Source: Candidatus Woesearchaeota archaeon
Lineage (GTDB): Archaea > Nanobdellota > Nanobdellia > Woesearchaeales > B29-G15
Direction of reading: 5' to 3'
Assembly: GCA_003650585.1 (NCBI GenBank)
Contig: QMQS01000001.1
Location: forward strand, 1-35,775
Length of the DNA: 35,775 nt
A model generated the notes under the pieces. It searched no databases. It saw only the letters and a list, made by a program, of their open reading frames with translations, and was not told the DNA's origin. Positions 17,443 through 25,413 of this stretch are shown here, piece by piece. Each line of letters opens with the position of its first letter. The stretch's first letter is position 1. A program made the position numbers and the translations under genes.

Positions 17443-18379
17443 CTCTAATCTCTATATCTTGTATATCTTGTGTGTAGCTTTGATGCTCGAGAGTGAGCCC
17501 CAGCCCCATACCGAGTTTGAACATACCTTGGCTAAAGAGGCTTGCTAGATTCTCGAAAAATGTGCGCTTTGGAGTGACCCTCACCATCTTGACCTTTGTA
17601 ATGTTGAGCACGCTCTTGAGGTAGTTTTCTACCTCGTCATAGCCACCGAGCATGTCAACCAAACCAACATCTATGCCTTCCTCGCCTGTGAAAAACAAGC
17701 CAGTGGCAATCTGTGCCCTCTGGGCTTGAGTTAAACCGCGATTGGTGCTTATCTCTGAAACAAAGCTGTCATGCATCTTGTCAATCTTACTCTGCAGTAT
17801 AGCCCTCTCTTGAGGTGTTAATGGTTTGTACTTTGTGCCGATATCCTTGTAGTCGCCACCCACAAGCCTCTCGTAACTCACATTGTAGCGCTGCATGAGC
17901 CCATAGTAATCAAGGTAAGAGCCAAGCACACCTATGCTGCCAGTTATGGAGTATTTGCTGGCAAACACCACATCACAGGCACTCGCAACCCAGTACGCAC
18001 CCGAGGTGCCAATGTCCCTAATCAAAGCCACACTTGTTTTGTTTAATCCCTTGATTGCATTGGCAATTGCTTCAGAGGCAACAGGTGTGCCCCCGCCCGA
18101 GTTGATGTCAAACACTATTGCCTTTATGTTGGGTGATTCTGAAGCCCTCTTTATTAACTCGATTGTTTCGTCAGGGTTGACCAATTCTGAGTAGAATGGC
18201 CCAGAGAAGCCTATAAAGCCATGGATGGGTATAACAGCCACATTACCGCCGATGAATTCCTGGTTTAGCCCTAGTCCCAAAAATGTTGAGATTAAATAAC
18301 TTATAACAAGTAAAGTGAAGAGTAGTGAAAGCATGAACCTCCATCTTTGCGTGGGTTTAGGGTAGTAGTTGGGTTTCAT
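17435..18379 (-). CDS. sppA: Signal peptide peptidase SppA (S49 family, short type)
   Basis: N-terminal TM, VAVIPIHGFI, INSGGG, GTSGAYWVASACD (catalytic Ser), TGSIGV, YKDIG (Lys), GLVDMLG; likely start ATG 18379 (MKPNYY) rather than 18457. Confidence 0.93.
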   Translation of the reverse strand: MKPNYYPKPTQRWRFMLSLLFTLLVISYLISTFLGLGLNQEFIGGNVAVIPIHGFIGFSGPFYSELVNPDETIELIKRASESPNIKAIVFDINSGGGTPVASEAIANAIKGLNKTSVALIRDIGTSGAYWVASACDVVFASKYSITGSIGVLGSYLDYYGLMQRYNVSYERLVGGDYKDIGTKYKPLTPQERAILQSKIDKMHDSFVSEISTNRGLTQAQRAQIATGLFFTGEEGIDVGLVDMLGGYDEVENYLKSVLNITKVKMVRVTPKRTFFENLASLFSQGMFKLGMGLGLTLEHQSYTQDIQDIEIRAI

Positions 18380-18857
18380 AATAAACCACCTTTGTTTTGG
18401 AGAGCAACTCAAGCAGTCTCCTGTGCTTGGGGTGGAGCAGGATAAACACTGGCTCAATGAACCACAGTAGTATTAAAGGGAAGATGGGTATGAGAAAGAT
18501 GTTCCTCACCATGGCTTGGAGTAGCCCAAGTTTTGGGCCCTCTGAACGCACATACAACCCGAACAAGAGCTTGCCTAGGGTTTGGTGTATCTTGTACTCG
18601 CAAACAGTAAAGTAAACAAATGAGAGCAAGCCTATGATGAGGTAAACCTGGCTGAGTTGTACTGCCACATTAGGGTTCGACTCGAGGGCAGCATAAACAC
18701 TTGAGAAATCACCCTTTGGTATGATGGACGAGATTAAACTGCGAAAGGGCATCACAACCACAAAGTTTAGCACAAAAAGATCGACCAAGAAAGCAATAAA
18801 TCTCTTGATAATTGGCGCCTCTTTCTCTTTTGTGCTTATGCTCAGTCTCTTTGCCAT
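18357..18857 (-). CDS. RDD family membrane protein
   Basis: KRFIAFLVD, YF..CE...QTLGKLLFGLYV, AMVRN, RRLLELLSKTKVV is the RDD pattern with the last D replaced by E; overlaps the sppA start. Confidence 0.9.
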   Translation of the reverse strand: MAKRLSISTKEKEAPIIKRFIAFLVDLFVLNFVVVMPFRSLISSIIPKGDFSSVYAALESNPNVAVQLSQVYLIIGLLSFVYFTVCEYKIHQTLGKLLFGLYVRSEGPKLGLLQAMVRNIFLIPIFPLILLWFIEPVFILLHPKHRRLLELLSKTKVVYYETQLLP

Positions 18858-18879
18858 TTCTTAATAGAAACTCGGGCAG

Positions 18880-18908
18880 TTTTAAAAAGTTTTGGAAACC
18901 TTTATATA
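18880..18908. promoter_or_regulatory. Back-to-back divergent BRE/TATA promoters (RDD-sppA and 18932)
   Basis: TTTTAAAAAGTTTTGGAAACCTTTATATA; each TATA ends about 23 nt from its ATG, consistent with leaderless transcripts. Confidence 0.65.
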
Positions 18909-18931
18909 CTCTCCCCTCATAAAAAACAATC

Positions 18932-19192
18932 ATGAAACCAGGGTTTGAGAAAAGGCTGGGAGGGTTTGGTTTCTTACTGTGGGTGCTTGGTGTGGTGATA
19001 TTTCAGCTGACACCAAACCTCGTTTGGCTTGGGTGGTGCTTGGTTGTGTTTGCATTGATAGTGTGCTATGTTTCATTCAGAGAGGGCTCAAAGAGGTACC
19101 CTGGCAAGATATACTGGTTGACCCTGTTAGGATTTGTGCTTAGCCTACTCACACTCTTGCTTGGATTGATACGTGTTTTTGTTTCATACTAA
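18932..19192 (+). CDS. Small membrane protein (about 3 TM)
   Basis: 86 aa with three hydrophobic segments; own TATA at 18901-18908. Confidence 0.7.
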   Translation: MKPGFEKRLGGFGFLLWVLGVVIFQLTPNLVWLGWCLVVFALIVCYVSFREGSKRYPGKIYWLTLLGFVLSLLTLLLGLIRVFVSY

Positions 19193-19256
19193 ACCCTAAT
19201 TCGGTATCATTAAAGAATGACAAATAGCCATAAAAACCCCTTATTGACGAAAAAAA

Positions 19257-19272
19257 CCGAAAGTTTTATAAA
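19257..19272 (+). promoter_or_regulatory. BRE/TATA promoter of the S-layer gene
   Basis: CCGAAAGTTTTATAAA; GAGGTGA SD at 19388-19394 before ATG 19404, implying a leader of about 110 nt. Confidence 0.7.
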
Positions 19273-19403
19273 TGAATTGGCTATACAACAGGAATGCCTG
19301 CGCAAGCAGGTGACTAAGAGCGTTCTAAGAGTGCCTTTACAAGAGAAAAAGGAATGGACTAGATAGCCGAAAAAAACAAAACCTAGCGAGGTGAAATAAG
19401 GCT

Positions 19404-21722
19404 ATGAGAACAAAAGCAGTAATAAAGAAGATAGCTGCGTTGGGTACAGGGATTGCAATGATGGGCGCCACCTTATTCGGCGCAATGGCAGCAGATCTAG
19501 CAGACTACCCAAATATGTTTTTCAAGGACCACAAGTTCAACGCAGCTATAGTAGTGGGTGACGAAGCCGCAGCCTCAGACGTGGTGGGTGCAATTGACCT
19601 TGCAGCGAGCCTACAGTATGCAGCGAAAGAGCAAAAAACCATATCAGTTGGCGGCACCACAACAGTGTCTGCCTCTGAAGGTGTAGAGGTCAAGGCAACA
19701 GGCAACCACCTAACTCTGGGAGAGGCATTGAATGCCGTGGAGGACACCTTTAAGAAGGACGACCTCCCAGTGCTGTTGGCTGACGGGAATGTGATTGATG
19801 ACTCAGAAGACACAGACCACGAGTATTCACAGAAGCTGTTAACCAGCGCTGATGTGGTGAAGTTCGACAACCCTGATTCAGATGTGTTCGGGGACATGCC
19901 AGGGCTTTACCTGGACCAGTCAAGTGGTGTGGCTTACACCGTAGTGATTGACTTTGACACAGCATTGAACGCCACTGCGCTCGACGACAGCGAGAAGATA
20001 GAGATGATGGGTAAGACATTTACCTTTGACCCGAACATGGCTTCAGGCGACAACACCTTGGTGCTGTATGCCTCAGAGAAGACAGAGACGATTAATGTGG
20101 GTGAGACCAAAGAGGTTGAGCTACAGGACGGTTCAAAGCTCACAATTGAGCTTGTGGGAGCCAACTCTGACACAGAATCAGCCACATTGAGGGTTAACGG
20201 CAAGACCTACTCAGTAAACAGCGGAGACACCATTAGCCCAGGTGGGACACAGATATACATCAATGATGTGTTCACCTACAACATTCCAACCCCAGGTGCA
20301 GCAGTAGAGTTCTTTGTGGGCTCAGACAAGATAGAGATAGATGCCTCTGGTGGCTACAATGATGTGGAGATTGATGACGACACCATCACAGGCGTGAAGG
20401 CATCTGTTGGTGGTGGCTTGGAAGCAATTGAGGAGATCAACTTCACAGTAACACCGAGCGAATTCGATGACGACCAATACAAGTACCTGCAGCTTGGAGA
20501 GAGTTTCACAGACCCGTTCTTCAAGACATTCAAGATGGAGTTTGCTGGAGTCACACCAGAGCTCAAGGATTCCTCCAAGACGAAGATTTCCTTGACAAGG
20601 TCTGGTGACGACTACAAACTCAGCTTTGTCAACAAGGACGGGGAGAGCTACGAGTTTACTCTCTTCCACAGCGACTCTGGTAGCGACACAGTCGAGTACT
20701 ATGAGGACTTTGCAGGTGCCACAGACAACCTGACCAAGGACAAGATATTCATCCTCAATGAGGGTGATGTGACCAAGGTCTTTAAGCTCGTGTCTGTTGT
20801 GACCGAGAGTGGCACTGCCAAGGCAAAGATTAAGGACTTGAGTGACAACTCAGAGTTTAAGGTTGAGGTTGGTGATGAGATAGGCGACACAGGTGTGACA
20901 GTGGCTGCACTGAATGATGGTGCAACTGACTGGATGTCGATTGATGACAATACCAGTCTGACTATTACCACGAAGTATGACGGAACCATAACAATAACCT
21001 CAGCCCCAGGTAACGAGAGCATCTACGACTTGACCTTCGAAGAGGGTACGACCAACTTTGACGACTTGGTTGCTGGTAACGCACTCACGATTGAGGTGAA
21101 TGTGACCGGCGATTCCAGCGATGGTGACGAGGATATTACCATTGGCGACATAGACTTCGACAATGCCAACAATGTTAACGAGAAGTCAGACGAGGACAGC
21201 AAGGTTCAGTACGGTGTGTCCAAGTTTGGTACCTACTTCGAGAGAGAACGCGAGAACAACGGTGCCTACCTAGACATCTACTACCCCAAGGAGGAGCAGA
21301 GTTTCCACATCTTCTTCATGCCAGTGAGTGGAGAAGTTAGCACCACTCCAGGGGGCCAGACAATAACCTACTACGAACTCAACCCAATTGAGGTTGGTGC
21401 TGCCAAACTCGCATCAGAGATTGCTGATGTGACTGCGCAGAACCTCATCGTAGTGGGTGGCCCATGTGCGAACTCTGTGGCTTCCAAGTTGTTGGGTAAT
21501 CCCACCAACTGTGCTGAGGGCTTCGAGGAAGGCAAGGCCATTATCAAGTTGATTGAGAATGGCGACAATGTGGCACTGTTGGTTGCTGGTTACAGCGCTG
21601 ACGATACACGCAGAGCCACCACTGTGCTTGCCAACTACGAGGACTATGCCCTTAGCGGGACAGAGATGGTAGTCACCGGTACAAGTCTCACAGATATAAC
21701 TGTGAGCGCACCAACACCCTAA
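19404..21722 (+). CDS. S-layer protein (Methanococcales/DPANN-type N- and C-terminal domains)
   Basis: IKKIAALGTG..MMGAT signal; AIVVGDEAAASDVVGAIDLAASL (N-domain); NLIVVGGPCAN...LLVAGYSADDTRRA (C-domain); very acidic; several sequons; visible preference for GAC/AAC codons consistent with high expression. Confidence 0.93.
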   Translation: MRTKAVIKKIAALGTGIAMMGATLFGAMAADLADYPNMFFKDHKFNAAIVVGDEAAASDVVGAIDLAASLQYAAKEQKTISVGGTTTVSASEGVEVKATGNHLTLGEALNAVEDTFKKDDLPVLLADGNVIDDSEDTDHEYSQKLLTSADVVKFDNPDSDVFGDMPGLYLDQSSGVAYTVVIDFDTALNATALDDSEKIEMMGKTFTFDPNMASGDNTLVLYASEKTETINVGETKEVELQDGSKLTIELVGANSDTESATLRVNGKTYSVNSGDTISPGGTQIYINDVFTYNIPTPGAAVEFFVGSDKIEIDASGGYNDVEIDDDTITGVKASVGGGLEAIEEINFTVTPSEFDDDQYKYLQLGESFTDPFFKTFKMEFAGVTPELKDSSKTKISLTRSGDDYKLSFVNKDGESYEFTLFHSDSGSDTVEYYEDFAGATDNLTKDKIFILNEGDVTKVFKLVSVVTESGTAKAKIKDLSDNSEFKVEVGDEIGDTGVTVAALNDGATDWMSIDDNTSLTITTKYDGTITITSAPGNESIYDLTFEEGTTNFDDLVAGNALTIEVNVTGDSSDGDEDITIGDIDFDNANNVNEKSDEDSKVQYGVSKFGTYFERERENNGAYLDIYYPKEEQSFHIFFMPVSGEVSTTPGGQTITYYELNPIEVGAAKLASEIADVTAQNLIVVGGPCANSVASKLLGNPTNCAEGFEEGKAIIKLIENGDNVALLVAGYSADDTRRATTVLANYEDYALSGTEMVVTGTSLTDITVSAPTP

Positions 21723-21726
21723 ACCC

Positions 21727-21739
21727 TTTTCTTTTTTTT
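21727..21739 (+). terminator. Oligo-T archaeal terminator after the S-layer gene
   Basis: TTTTCTTTTTTTT immediately after the stop codon. Confidence 0.7.
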
Positions 21740-21790
21740 AATTAATTTTAACCCTAAACCTTAAATATTGCCAAAGTAATTCTTTTTGCT

Positions 21791-22003
21791 ATGGTAGACT
21801 ACAAGGTGGTGCAGTGCCCCTTTTGTGGTTTTATACAGCTATCCACTGCCAAATCTGTGTTCAAATGCCTTAGATGTAGCAGAACCAGACGCATCACAAC
21901 TTCAAAAGGCATCCCAAGCATAAGAATAATCAGGGTGTTTGCTGATTTCAAGAGGGCAAATGCCTTCATTCAAGAATACAAACGCTTACAGGGCTTTTCC
22001 TAA
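21791..22003 (+). CDS. Small zinc-ribbon protein
   Basis: 70 aa with CPFC and CLRC; TTAAATA TATA about 25-30 nt upstream. Confidence 0.7.
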   Translation: MVDYKVVQCPFCGFIQLSTAKSVFKCLRCSRTRRITTSKGIPSIRIIRVFADFKRANAFIQEYKRLQGFS

Positions 22004-23185
22004 GTATATATTGTGCTTTGTTCTAATTATCTTGAAAGTAACCCAACCACTGCGCTTTGGGGTTATTACAGTGATGTTGCGCTCTCTTGCAGCCACTATC
22101 ACCTCATTCTTGTACCTCCCAGGGCAGATTATTTTTGCCTTGACCACCTCGCCAAGCTTGAACACTTTGGGTAATGATCTAGCTGGTCTAATATTGAAAT
22201 GCTTTGGTGTTAGCTTTAGCTTGATGTCAAACTCTTGCTCGAGTTGACTCAACCTCTTGTAAAACTCTTTCCAACTCAGTTGCTTCACCGGCCTCCTACC
22301 ATGCTTGTATTCAAGAAAGTTCTGTATTGCCACAACTGCACCCAATTCTTTACCGAGTTGGATTATTTTGGATATCTCAGAGTCATTGTAGCCAGGTAAG
22401 AGCACAGGTGCTAGCACCAACCGGGCATTGGTCGAGGCAATATATCTTGCCACATCTAGAACTTGCTTCACTGGATAACCTGTGCCAGCCATCTCGTTTG
22501 CAATTCTCTGGTCGAGAGCGTTTAGAGAGATGTTGAATTGGTTCATCCCTGCATCAATTAGCTGCTTTGCCCTCTCTCTGTTTAAGAGCACACCATTTGT
22601 ATCGATTGAAATCCTGCTTACCCTTGGAATCTTTGATAGCTGGCTTACCAATGCGGTTAGCTCAGAGTAGAGCATGGGCTCCCCCTGGCTGTTTATGTGG
22701 AGCTCCACATCTTCTATGTCTTTAAACTCAACAATTCGCCTGACTTCTCTAACCAAATAGTCCTGCTCCACAACAAAATCATGGCTTGTTGAAGAGAGCC
22801 CCTCGCTCACAGAGCAGTATATACAATTGAGGTTACATGATGTTAATGGCTTGACCTCAAGCAAGCTCGTGCCCCTGTCAATCACCCCAAAACTAATATT
22901 GCCAACCAAGGGTATGCCTGAGTTGGCATGTATGTATGTGGCTGGGTTGTTCGTGATTCTGTTCCTCAGCCCAAGCACACCTTTGCTGAGAAGAAACAAA
23001 AGCTTTCTTCTGGCTACACTCTCACTCAGGGTTGGAAACTCTATCGCTTTCCTATTAAACTTAAACTCACCCAATTCGTGGAGTTCTCTTTTGTCTAGTT
23101 CGAACTCAAAAATATTGTAGAGCAAAACACCAAGCTTCTCGCCTTTGTCCTTGAACTCAATCTCTTCAAATTCTAACCTTGCCAT
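21986..23185 (-). CDS. Radical SAM protein with C-terminal TRAM-like domain (archaeal Fe-S oxidoreductase family)
   Basis: CNLNCIYC (CxxxCxxC), GIPLVG..FGVIDRGT, QGEP, TNG, NISLNA, APVLLPGYND; C-terminal beta domain ending KIIRTKHNIYLG. Confidence 0.9.
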   Translation of the reverse strand: MARLEFEEIEFKDKGEKLGVLLYNIFEFELDKRELHELGEFKFNRKAIEFPTLSESVARRKLLFLLSKGVLGLRNRITNNPATYIHANSGIPLVGNISFGVIDRGTSLLEVKPLTSCNLNCIYCSVSEGLSSTSHDFVVEQDYLVREVRRIVEFKDIEDVELHINSQGEPMLYSELTALVSQLSKIPRVSRISIDTNGVLLNRERAKQLIDAGMNQFNISLNALDQRIANEMAGTGYPVKQVLDVARYIASTNARLVLAPVLLPGYNDSEISKIIQLGKELGAVVAIQNFLEYKHGRRPVKQLSWKEFYKRLSQLEQEFDIKLKLTPKHFNIRPARSLPKVFKLGEVVKAKIICPGRYKNEVIVAARERNITVITPKRSGWVTFKIIRTKHNIYLGKAL

Positions 23186-23208
23186 GTTGGGTTTGGTGCT
23201 GGGTTGTT

Positions 23209-23237
23209 GTTATAAAAGTTTTGGAAAGATTTAAAAA
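23209..23237. promoter_or_regulatory. Back-to-back divergent BRE/TATA promoters (radical SAM and GINS)
   Basis: GTTATAAAAGTTTTGGAAAGATTTAAAAA; same 14-nt core as 18885-18898. Confidence 0.6.
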
Positions 23238-23272
23238 TTAGGAAACCCAAATCAAATTATTGGGGGGTCTGA

Positions 23273-23908
23273 ATGGATAATGTGCAAGAAATAAATGTGA
23301 GTCTGGAAACCCTTTTTGAGATGCTTAGGTTGGAGAAGAAGCGTGGTGAAATCCAGCCACTGCCACCCACTTTCTTACAGGACCTCCGGGCTTATATACA
23401 GAAAAAGCGCTCTATAATTCAAAACTCAACCGGGGTTTCCCAAGAGACAGTAGACAGGGCAAGGAGACAGCTTGAGAATGTGTTTAGAATAATCGAAGAA
23501 TTGTTTGGGGTGAGGGAAAAGAAAGTGATTGAGCTTGCCAGACTTAAAGCCAACCGTTCCATGGAAGCTTTAGAGGGGCTTGGTTTGATTGAGGAAGAGG
23601 TTGAGTTGTATCGACAAATGACCCAAGTGCTAAAGAGTTTTCGCCATAATCTAGTCACCAAAATCAAGCAGAGTGATACAAGCAAGCCCCACGATGCCCA
23701 AACCATTCAACCAAAGCCAGAGCCAAAAATCCCCGTTAACAAAGGCACTATGAGAGTGTTACTACTCAAGCCCCTTCCGAGGTTTGTGGGTGAGGGGTTT
23801 AAGGTATACGGACCATATAATGAGGGCGATAGCGTGGAACTCCCTAGCAACATTGCTGAGCTGTTGATTAAGAAAGGGCATGCCAAGGAGTTTAGCGCCA
23901 ATAACTAA
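23273..23908 (+). CDS. DNA replication complex GINS subunit (Gins51/Gins15 type)
   Basis: Helical A domain (EKKRGEIQPLPPTF...REKKVIELA...EEEVELY), linker, C-terminal B domain (LPRFVG..FKVYGPY.EGD.VELP..IAELLIKKG); position upstream of L44e as in the conserved archaeal cluster. Confidence 0.88.
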   Translation: MDNVQEINVSLETLFEMLRLEKKRGEIQPLPPTFLQDLRAYIQKKRSIIQNSTGVSQETVDRARRQLENVFRIIEELFGVREKKVIELARLKANRSMEALEGLGLIEEEVELYRQMTQVLKSFRHNLVTKIKQSDTSKPHDAQTIQPKPEPKIPVNKGTMRVLLLKPLPRFVGEGFKVYGPYNEGDSVELPSNIAELLIKKGHAKEFSANN

Positions 23909-23958
23909 ACCAGGTTCTACCAAAATCTATTTAAATATAACCCTTTTCCAAACTCCTA

Positions 23959-24276
23959 ATGAAAATACCCAAAGTCATTCGAAGGTTTTGTCCTTACTGT
24001 AAGAAATACACAGACCATAAAGTCAAGAGCGCGAGGAAAGCCACCCCTGGCTCAGCCCACCCCATGTCATATGGCTCAAAGGTTAGGCAGAAGTTGCGCG
24101 GTGTCAACAGGGGGTTTGGGAATAAGGGGAGATACTCTAGAAAGCCAGTCGGGGCTCGAAAAAGAACAGGCAGGAAAACAACAAAGAAAACAGACCTCAG
24201 GTTCGAGTGTGTTGAGTGTAAGAAGGAGCACACCCAATCAAAGGGTATAAGGACGAAAAGGTTGGAGATAAAATGA
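23959..24276 (+). CDS. rpl44e: 50S ribosomal protein L44e (eL42)
   Basis: MKIPK...CPYCKK...KTTKKTDLRFECVEC; gene context. Confidence 0.95.
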   Translation: MKIPKVIRRFCPYCKKYTDHKVKSARKATPGSAHPMSYGSKVRQKLRGVNRGFGNKGRYSRKPVGARKRTGRKTTKKTDLRFECVECKKEHTQSKGIRTKRLEIK

Positions 24277-24452
24277 ACAAGAAACGAGATTCAAGGTTCA
24301 TCAAGGTTAGGTGCAATAAATGCAAGAACGAGCAGGTCATTTTTGGAAAATGCTCCACTATTGTGCGCTGCCTTGTCTGTGGGAATGAGTTGGCTTACCC
24401 CACTGGGGGTAAGAGCGATGTTCGTTCCAGTATCTTGGAGGTGCTGGATTAA
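24273..24452 (+). CDS. rps27e: 30S ribosomal protein S27e (not in the ORF track, 59 aa)
   Basis: Hand translation MNKKRDSRFIKVRCNKCKNEQVIFGKCSTIVRCLVCGNELAYPTGGKSDVRSSILEVLD*; ATGA overlap with L44e; stop directly abuts the aIF2alpha start. Confidence 0.96.
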   Translation: MNKKRDSRFIKVRCNKCKNEQVIFGKCSTIVRCLVCGNELAYPTGGKSDVRSSILEVLD

Positions 24453-25235
24453 ATGCTACTGAGAAGAGAGGGGCTGCCTGAAGAGGGCGAACTCCTCCTT
24501 TGTGAAGTCAAGAAGGTCCACTTTCATTCTGTTTTTGTCAAGATATTGGAGTACAGGATAGAGGGTATGATTCACATATCTGAGATTGCCCCTGGGCGTA
24601 TTAGGAACATAAGGGACTATGTCCGAGAGGGTAAGTACATAGTGTGCAAGGCACTCAGAGTTAACAAAGAGAAGCGACAGGTTGATTTGAGCTTGCGTAG
24701 GGTGAATGAGCGTGAGCGTAGAGAAAAGACCAATCAGATCTCTTTAGAAAAGAGGGCAGAGAAGATAGTGGAGCTTGCAGCAGAGGAGCTGAAGATGGAT
24801 GTTAAGCAACTCTATTCTGCCATCACCCAAAAACTCTTTGAAGAGTACGAGTATCTGTATGATGCCTTTGTGGATGTGGTTGAGGGTAGGCTCGAGCTTA
24901 GCAAGCTTGGGTTGGACAAGAAGATAGTTACGGTTTTGGAGAGGCTCATTAAGGAGAAGATAAAGCCACCAAGAATATCCATTAGGGGACACCTAAAATT
25001 AACCACATATTTGCCAGATGGGATTGCCCTGATTAAGGAGAGTTTCAAGAGGGTTAGGGAAGAGGTTCCGGGCGATTATGAAATTAAGTATGAGGGCGGC
25101 GGAGCTTACAGTGTTAAGATTACTGGCAAGGAGTATGAGACATGCGAGAAGATATTGAAGAGTATGATTGCAAAGTTTGAAGAGCTCTTTTCTAAGAACG
25201 AGGGTAGTGTGTCATTTGCACGGGTTGAGGATTAA
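24453..25235 (+). CDS. eif2a: Translation initiation factor 2 alpha subunit (aIF2alpha)
   Basis: PEEGEL...S1 domain EGMIHISEIAPGRIRNIRDYVREG...VDLSLRRV; C-terminal PDGI..IK...Y.V; gene context. Confidence 0.96.
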   Translation: MLLRREGLPEEGELLLCEVKKVHFHSVFVKILEYRIEGMIHISEIAPGRIRNIRDYVREGKYIVCKALRVNKEKRQVDLSLRRVNERERREKTNQISLEKRAEKIVELAAEELKMDVKQLYSAITQKLFEEYEYLYDAFVDVVEGRLELSKLGLDKKIVTVLERLIKEKIKPPRISIRGHLKLTTYLPDGIALIKESFKRVREEVPGDYEIKYEGGGAYSVKITGKEYETCEKILKSMIAKFEELFSKNEGSVSFARVED

Positions 25236-25236
25236 T

Positions 25237-25413
25237 ATGGCTAAGCATATTCTCAAGTGCCAGGAATGTGGGGCTTACACACTCACTGAGCAGTGCAAGT
25301 GTGGGGGTGTGGCCGTGCCAGCCAAACCACCCAAGTATTCTCCTGAAGACCCGTATGGTGATTACAGGAGGCGTGCCAAGGAGGAGTATTGGAGGAGCAT
25401 TGGGCTGCTTTAG
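25237..25413 (+). CDS. nop10: H/ACA RNP protein Nop10
   Basis: Start ATG 25237: MAKHILKCQECGAYTL..CKCGG...PPKYSPEDPYGDYRR; gene context. Confidence 0.95.
   Translation: MAKHILKCQECGAYTLTEQCKCGGVAVPAKPPKYSPEDPYGDYRRRAKEEYWRSIGLL

Noticed and set aside
18380..18457. Cys-rich N-terminal extension on SppA (MSQCLSC...CLSC)
   Set aside because: It is an alternative-frame reading of the RDD gene; ATG 18379 has an SD-like GGTGG and places the TM segment near the N-terminus.
19193..19403. Largest intergenic region as a possible tRNA, CRISPR array or stand-alone ncRNA
   Set aside because: No cloverleaf, T-loop motif or direct repeats; best explained as the S-layer promoter plus leader.
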